Shown here piece after piece: positions 59,420 through 63,790 of a DNA stretch of 63,790 bases (positions are counted from its first letter, which is position 1; each line of letters begins with the position of its first letter). The notes beneath the pieces were generated by a model. That model made no database searches and was not told the DNA's origin. It was given only the letters and a program-made list of their open reading frames with translations. The position numbers were made by a program, and so were the translations under genes. Origin of the DNA: Gammaproteobacteria bacterium (GTDB taxonomy: Bacteria; Pseudomonadota; Gammaproteobacteria; Steroidobacterales; JABDMI01); the NCBI GenBank assembly GCA_013001575.1, contig JABDMI010000127.1, positions 1 to 63,790 on the forward strand, in the 5' to 3' direction.

Positions 59420-59422
59420 AGC

Positions 59423-59479
59423 GTATAACGTTTGAGAACAGCGGCGCCGTAGGCGTCCGACTGCTTTGACTTGTTAAGT
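59423..59479 (-). repeat. attC site (57 nt)
   Basis: Plus strand gtataac...cagcggcgcc-gta-ggcgTccgActg...gttaagt. The stem has two extrahelical bases on the 3' arm of the plus strand. Confidence 0.8.
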
Positions 59480-59482
59480 GCA

Positions 59483-59761
59483 TTATAAACATGCACCATG
59501 TACATAACAAACATAGACAATAGAAGCATAAAAAAATAATGGTAAATTAGCAATAAAAAGCCCTATTGAAAAATAGACACTGAACTTTGACTTATTAGAT
59601 ATAAAGTAATATGACAGTGAGCCTAGAGCAGATGAAATTACTAAAAATACTGTGTCAGAAATACCTGACCAGCTCAACGAATAATAACGAGTTATTGAAA
59701 TATATGCTGCTAGTACAACCCCCGAAATTAATAAATTTGAAAACAATCCTTTGATATTCAT
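59483..59761 (-). CDS. Cassette ORF: small membrane protein (about 3 TM)
   Basis: 92 aa from ATG 59761. The track start, GTG 59773, lies inside the R' box. Hydrophobic, with no recognised family. Confidence 0.5.
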   Translation of the reverse strand: MNIKGLFSNLLISGVVLAAYISITRYYSLSWSGISDTVFLVISSALGSLSYYFISNKSKFSVYFSIGLFIANLPLFFYASIVYVCYVHGACL

Positions 59762-59771
59762 ATTAAATGAC

Positions 59772-59861
59772 ACTTAACGCCTTGGTAAGCCGCAGCCAGA
59801 GCGAAGCGGCGGGGACAAAACGCATAAGCGTTTTGCTGTCGGCTTGACCAACTTGTTACGT
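59772..59861 (-). repeat. attC site (90 nt)
   Basis: Plus strand acttaac...gttacgt. R'' ACGTAAC is the complement of the R' GTTACGT that starts its cassette at 60301-60307. Confidence 0.75.
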
Positions 59862-59863
59862 GT

Positions 59864-60286
59864 TTAGTCATGGAAGTGCTCCAAACTTGCAGCCTTGATA
59901 TATGGAGTAAGGGCTTCCACTGCGCCGCTATTTTTGTGCCAGATAATATATGTGTAATCCCATTCTTCACTTATAACACACCCCAAATCTGGAACTACTA
60001 ACTTCAGGAATTCCGAGGCGTTTTTATTCATGCTTACTTCATAGTTTGAAAGTACAGATTCTATATCGCCAACGCTTGTAAGCGACTGCTGATCACAGCT
60101 CGCTATCTCAATAGCGAAGTCTTTAGCTAGGCTTCTTAGTAGCGTATTGAACCGACCCCATTCAACTTCCGTGACTTCGTCCAACTTGTGATAATTCTTT
60201 TTACCAAGCCATCCCTTCCATAAGGACACAAACTCTTTGGAATATTCCGGCTTAACTTCCCAACCTTCAAAGTATTCGCTAAACAT
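59864..60286 (-). CDS. Cassette ORF: hypothetical cytoplasmic protein (140 aa)
   Basis: Clean ATG ORF filling the cassette. Trp-rich, with no recognised motif. Confidence 0.6.
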   Translation of the reverse strand: MFSEYFEGWEVKPEYSKEFVSLWKGWLGKKNYHKLDEVTEVEWGRFNTLLRSLAKDFAIEIASCDQQSLTSVGDIESVLSNYEVSMNKNASEFLKLVVPDLGCVISEEWDYTYIIWHKNSGAVEALTPYIKAASLEHFHD

Positions 60287-60300
60287 GATTTCTCGGTGAC

Positions 60301-60380
60301 ACGTAACGTTTTAGGTAATGGGCGTATGCGCAGCACACGTCCAGCCAGCTTGCTGGCGATTATTAACCGACTTGTTATGT
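60301..60380 (-). repeat. attC site (80 nt)
   Basis: Plus strand acgtaacgttttaggtaat...cttgttatgt. The stop codon of the upstream cassette ORF lies inside R''. Confidence 0.75.
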
Positions 60381-60662
60381 TGCACTTTGCCAATTTTTGG
60401 TAATACCTTCATACTCCCACTCTGCTTGTTCTTTTGCTTCTTCAACTGACTCATGTGCTGAGTCTGATAACTTATTATCTGAGTAGCACATAAATAAATA
60501 ACAATAACCTTGTAAGTCGGTTTTAGTAATAGCAGCCCATTTTGCCTTACCCATTACTTTGCCATCAATTTCATGCGTGCAGTTACTGGTATGAATACAC
60601 GACTCATCAATAATTGCACTCAACATAATTTCAAGAGAGCCTATTTTTTCAGGTATCTGCAT
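60375..60662 (-). CDS. Cassette ORF: hypothetical protein (95 aa)
   Basis: ATG ORF filling the cassette. C-terminal EQAEWEYEG motif. Confidence 0.55.
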   Translation of the reverse strand: MQIPEKIGSLEIMLSAIIDESCIHTSNCTHEIDGKVMGKAKWAAITKTDLQGYCYLFMCYSDNKLSDSAHESVEEAKEQAEWEYEGITKNWQSAT

Positions 60663-60677
60663 AAAATTTCTTTTGCG

Positions 60678-60756
60678 ACATAATGTTTTAGTTAACAGGC
60701 GCTACGTATGTAGCGTCCAGAGAGTGAAACGAACGCTGTTAAACGGTTTGTTATAC
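60678..60756 (-). repeat. attC site (79 nt) with mutated crossover triplet
   Basis: Plus strand acataaTgttttagttaac...tttgttatac. It aligns base-for-base with the left end of the 60301 attC, but AAC is AAT here (R' reads ATTATGT, not GTTATGT). Confidence 0.65.
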
Positions 60757-60759
60757 GCT

Positions 60760-61110
60760 CTATGGTTTGTAATTTTCATACTCCCACTGAAACATTTTTG
60801 ATAACTCCAAACTTATGCCTTGCCAATTAATACCAGAAATATCATTTACCTTAGTATTTAAAATATTTAAGACCTGGCTCCAACTTTCATAATAAGGGAT
60901 AACTAATATATAGTCTTTGTGTGCAAGTTGAGAAAGCATTTTTTCAGTTGTTACATGAACATTAAAATTATCGGCTCCCTTTTGGCCTTCAATGCCAATT
61001 GAAATGTTACACCAAAATTCAACCATAGAACGATCTTCAGGCTCCCAGTTTTCTATTGGGTCATGAGTTATACAATCCCATTCTTTTATTATTGGTTTAA
61101 GTGTTTTCAT
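60760..61110 (-). CDS. Cassette ORF: hypothetical cytoplasmic protein (116 aa), possibly immunity-protein-like
   Basis: ATG ORF ending in MFQWEYENYKP. A paralogous fragment lies at 59321-59419. The family assignment cannot be verified here. Confidence 0.6.
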   Translation of the reverse strand: MKTLKPIIKEWDCITHDPIENWEPEDRSMVEFWCNISIGIEGQKGADNFNVHVTTEKMLSQLAHKDYILVIPYYESWSQVLNILNTKVNDISGINWQGISLELSKMFQWEYENYKP

Positions 61111-61116
61111 GTTTGC

Positions 61117-61176
61117 GTATAACGCCTAGCTAAACGGCGCGGTGTAACCGCGTCCGATTTAAGCGTATTGTTAGGT
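61117..61176 (-). repeat. attC site (60 nt)
   Basis: Plus strand gtataac gcctagctaaacggcgcgg-tgta-accgcgTccgAtttaagcgta ttgttaggt. Confidence 0.8.
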
Positions 61177-61180
61177 GTGC

Positions 61181-61486
61181 TTATGGTGCCCATTTATTTA
61201 ATTTTACTTCTAAAGGCGATAATAAAGACCACAATAATAAACCACACATAGCTACGCCAAAAAATATAATCACTTTAACTGTAATATTAAGTGAAACGAG
61301 GGTTTGTAAATAGATAGATAGTAATCCTATTGCTACTGCAGATAAACACAAAAACACTGCGTTGATAACCCAATGAAACCCTACCATAGATTTACAATTC
61401 TGGCACTTAGGCCTACTCAACATTAAACCAATAATTGAGATTGATTTTTTATTGCAATTGGGGCAATTTCGCTTCAATGAGTACAC
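61181..61486 (-). CDS. Cassette ORF: small membrane protein with N-terminal zinc-ribbon (CPNC...CQNC) and 2 TM
   Basis: 101 aa. The GTG start overlaps R' (GTTAGGTGTAC). The paired CxxC motifs argue for the long form. Confidence 0.55.
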   Translation of the reverse strand: MYSLKRNCPNCNKKSISIIGLMLSRPKCQNCKSMVGFHWVINAVFLCLSAVAIGLLSIYLQTLVSLNITVKVIIFFGVAMCGLLLWSLLSPLEVKLNKWAP

Positions 61487-61544
61487 CTAACGTTTGAACT
61501 AAGCGGCGCCGCTTGCGGCGTCCGACTTAAGTGACTTGTTAGAG
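61485..61544 (-). repeat. attC site (60 nt)
   Basis: Plus strand acctaac gtttgaactaagcggcgcc-gcttgc-ggcgTccgActtaagtgac ttgttagag. Confidence 0.8.
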
Positions 61545-61565
61545 GAACGTAACTTCATAACAAGA

Positions 61566-62069
61566 TTAAATCTCAATTGATCGTAGTAGCTCTAACCATT
61601 TGTATTTATTTTCCATCACCTCAGTAAAATCGATTTCTTTGGCAAAGGGTAATTTATGAGAATAAAATATTGAATACACATCATTACCGTCAGAATAGAA
61701 TCTATTTATTACATACTCATAGCGAGACTTATCTGGTGCTAATAAGGTCAGCAATAAATACACATCTTCTGGGTATGAGGTGTCTTCATTTTGCAAAATT
61801 TCAGGAGCAAGTGCAAACATTGGCTTTACACTATTAACATAGTTTGGCAAAACCTCTTTTAGCTTGGTTTTGTTACTGTATTTGCGTACAGTAATCATAT
61901 TTTTCCAAGCCTCTAAGCTTTGTCCATTAGGCAAATATTCTGATGTTTTTACATCATTTTTATCAGACTCCCAAACTTGACAGAACTCACTTTCACCAAA
62001 CGATATACAGTCAGATGCAAATGCAGTATTAGCAAATATAACAAATAGAATAGCTATATATATTCTCAT
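61566..62069 (-). CDS. Cassette ORF (first cassette): secreted hypothetical protein
   Basis: 167 aa from ATG 62069 with GAGGAA SD. Signal peptide MRIYIAILFVIFANTAFA. No recognised family. Confidence 0.6.
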   Translation of the reverse strand: MRIYIAILFVIFANTAFASDCISFGESEFCQVWESDKNDVKTSEYLPNGQSLEAWKNMITVRKYSNKTKLKEVLPNYVNSVKPMFALAPEILQNEDTSYPEDVYLLLTLLAPDKSRYEYVINRFYSDGNDVYSIFYSHKLPFAKEIDFTEVMENKYKWLELLRSIEI

Positions 62070-62077
62070 TCTAGTTC

Positions 62078-62411
62078 CTCTAACAGTTTTATTCAGCGAC
62101 ACAGTGTCGCATAATTCTATGTCGGTATTTATCCATTAATGTTTGGTTAAATACCACGATTTATTCAAGTTAAACAATAACATAGATTACAACATCTTCG
62201 TTAAAAAAACTCCTACAAAAGCGACACATGAAATCTGAGTTGTGTGTCGGTTTTATCTTACGGATTCTTAAAGAATATCTAAATTATTCCATTAAAACAG
62301 TAACTTACATCATGATGTGAGCCTTTGTTAATGCGACAGTCTGTTTTGTCGGTTTTCAAAGTCTGATAATATTCAATTACAAATTTATTTAACAGTTAAA
62401 AGGATTTAACT
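62078..62411 (-). other. attI region (approximate) with cassette junction GTTAGAG
   Basis: Minus strand reads aaaactGTTAGAGGaactagaATG. The box is the exact complement of R'' CCTCTAAC of the first cassette's attC. The region lies between the array and the intI start. Confidence 0.6.
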
Positions 62412-63407
62412 ATGAAAGACATGGACAATGTCAGGCATGTTTTGCCAAAAACACCTTCTAAATTTATGCACCGTTTGCGTGCGTTCATCAGGGCAAAAAA
62501 TCTCGCCTATAAAACTGAGCAAACTTACTGCTTTTGGATCAAGCGCTATATCTTTTTTCACCATAGGCAGAACCCACAAGAACTGACACCACAACATGTG
62601 GAACAGTTTTTGCATTCTTTGGCTGTGGTTGATAACGTGAGTGTGGGCACACAAAAGATCGCATTAAATGCTTTGGCATTTTTATACAACCAGTTTCTAA
62701 AGCAGCCGCTGGGTCAAATTCATATAACCAAAGCAAAAGTGCACAAAAGAATTCCTACGGTATTCTCACACAAGGAAGCCATTGCCATAATTCAGGCTTT
62801 AACAGACCCTTGGAAACTATTGGCGAACTTGATGTATGGCTCTGGACTACGTACCAGTGAAGCCATCAAACTCCGCGTAAAAGATCTGGATTTTGATAAC
62901 CAGATCATTTTGATTCGCTCGGGAAAAGGCGATAAAGATCGACGCAGTATATTACCCGATTCACTCTACCCTGAGCTCAAACAACAGATCAATCTGGTTA
63001 TTAAAGTGCATCATAAAGACCTGCACGACGGATATGGGTCAGTTTATATGCCAAAAGCATTAAACCGAAAATACAAAAACGGTGCAAAAGAACTGGCATG
63101 GCAATATTTGTTTCCTTCAGAGAGCCTATCGCGTGACCCTCGCAGTGGAATTATTAGAAGACACCATGTCCATGAACGCTCTCTCCAACGTAACGTTAAA
63201 AAAGCCATTCAGGCGGCTCATGTCACAAAGCACGCCAGTTGCCACACTTTTCGTCACAGCTTTGCTACAAGACTATTGGAACAAGGGAACGACATCAGAA
63301 CCGTGCAGGAATTACTCGGGCATGCGGATGTTAAGACTACTGAAATTTACACTCATGTTTTGCATAAGGGGGTATTAGGAGTAAAGAGTCCGGTGGATAG
63401 CCTGTAA
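62412..63407 (+). CDS. intI: Integron integrase IntI
   Basis: 331 aa tyrosine recombinase. Motifs YKTEQTYCFWIKRYIFFH, GSGLRTSEAIKLRVKDLD and the IntI-specific insertion ALNRKYKNGAKELAWQYLFPS. The catalytic HTFRHSFATRLLE...LLGHADVKTTEIYTHV is also present. Confidence 0.9.
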   Translation: MKDMDNVRHVLPKTPSKFMHRLRAFIRAKNLAYKTEQTYCFWIKRYIFFHHRQNPQELTPQHVEQFLHSLAVVDNVSVGTQKIALNALAFLYNQFLKQPLGQIHITKAKVHKRIPTVFSHKEAIAIIQALTDPWKLLANLMYGSGLRTSEAIKLRVKDLDFDNQIILIRSGKGDKDRRSILPDSLYPELKQQINLVIKVHHKDLHDGYGSVYMPKALNRKYKNGAKELAWQYLFPSESLSRDPRSGIIRRHHVHERSLQRNVKKAIQAAHVTKHASCHTFRHSFATRLLEQGNDIRTVQELLGHADVKTTEIYTHVLHKGVLGVKSPVDSL

Positions 63408-63417
63408 TGGCTTACTC

Positions 63418-63790
63418 TCAGGCCTGACGCAGATTGGCAAAATGAAACAAACAGATACCAGTAGCTACTGACACGTTTAAACTCTCCACCGCCCCCGCCA
63501 TAGGAATCTTGATCAGTTGGTCACAGTGCTCTCGCGTTAGGCGTCGCATACCTTTGGCCTCGTTACCCATCACAATGGCAAGCGAACCTGACTCTGTAGA
63601 CTCAAATAAGTCCGACTCTGCTTCACCCGCCAAACCAATAACAAACACCCCGTTCTCTTGCAGCATTCGGATGGTGCGTGCCAGATTGGTCACTTGCACA
63701 TAAGGCACCAGCTCTGCCGCACCCACCGCGACTTTTCTAACCGCGCCGGTAAGGCCGCAAGAATTACGTGACGGTGTAATCACGGCATCC
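63418..63790 (-). CDS. rlmB: 23S rRNA 2'-O-methyltransferase RlmB (SpoU/TrmH family), C-terminal part; 5' end outside window
   Basis: [51 protein letters not shown] and [15 protein letters not shown] are SpoU motifs. The frame is open to the window edge. Confidence 0.8.
   Translation of the reverse strand, partial: DAVITPSRNSCGLTGAVRKVAVGAAELVPYVQVTNLARTIRMLQENGVFVIGLAGEAESDLFESTESGSLAIVMGNEAKGMRRLTREHCDQLIKIPMAGAVESLNVSVATGICLFHFANLRQA

Larger units (their letters stand above)
57377..63407. mobile_element. Chromosomal integron (intI, attI, minus-strand cassette array with embedded foreign segment)
   Basis: An intact intI is divergent from a co-oriented array of small ORFs separated by imperfect palindromes. 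Each palindrome is bounded by ..TAAC(G) on the left and (T)TGTTRRRY on the right. Each cassette's 5' R' box is the exact complement of its own R'' box. Confidence 0.85.

Noticed and set aside
62085-62411. LexA (SOS) box controlling intI
   Set aside because: No CTGT-N8-ACAG motif was found by eye on either strand in the attI/intI promoter region.

Overview
63.8-kb chromosomal segment that looks gammaproteobacterial, moderately AT-rich by eye. All gene names come from motifs I recognise in the translations. No database search was possible. About 57 kb is conserved housekeeping synteny, in this order: recN-fur-bamE-rnfH-ratA, smpB-pheA-tmRNA, metY-metX, tRNA-Leu, amtB, a blh/tauE/yeeE-type sulfur operon, a GAF-PAS-GGDEF-EAL protein, typA, prc, an MdtABC-like RND operon, ppsR/ppsA, fabH-rpmF-yceD, maf, rluC, rne, ptp-kdsB-lpxK-msbA-exbDB and comEC. 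Three things stand out. (1) The right end (57377-63407) is a chromosomal integron. It has an intact intI, an attI region and a minus-strand cassette array with seven recognisable attC sites. All its ORFs are orphans. The array is interrupted by a ~1.4-kb foreign segment carrying a long-form Y1/HUH (IS200/RAYT-like) transposase gene, a perfect 49-nt tandem duplication and a 12-bp perfect hairpin. This segment truncates a cassette paralog. (2) The metY-metX leader contains a 19-codon ORF not in the ORF track (MPMCMPCRCACMPARRGAD, 4 Met + 4 Cys). The ORF runs into mutually exclusive antiterminator/terminator hairpins and lies downstream of three tandem MetJ-type met boxes. This is a candidate Met/Cys-sensing leader-peptide attenuator layered on repressor control. 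(3) The terminator module after the tmRNA gene is duplicated around a 118-nt hairpin-containing spacer. Many track ORFs are antisense shadows of real genes and are not reported.
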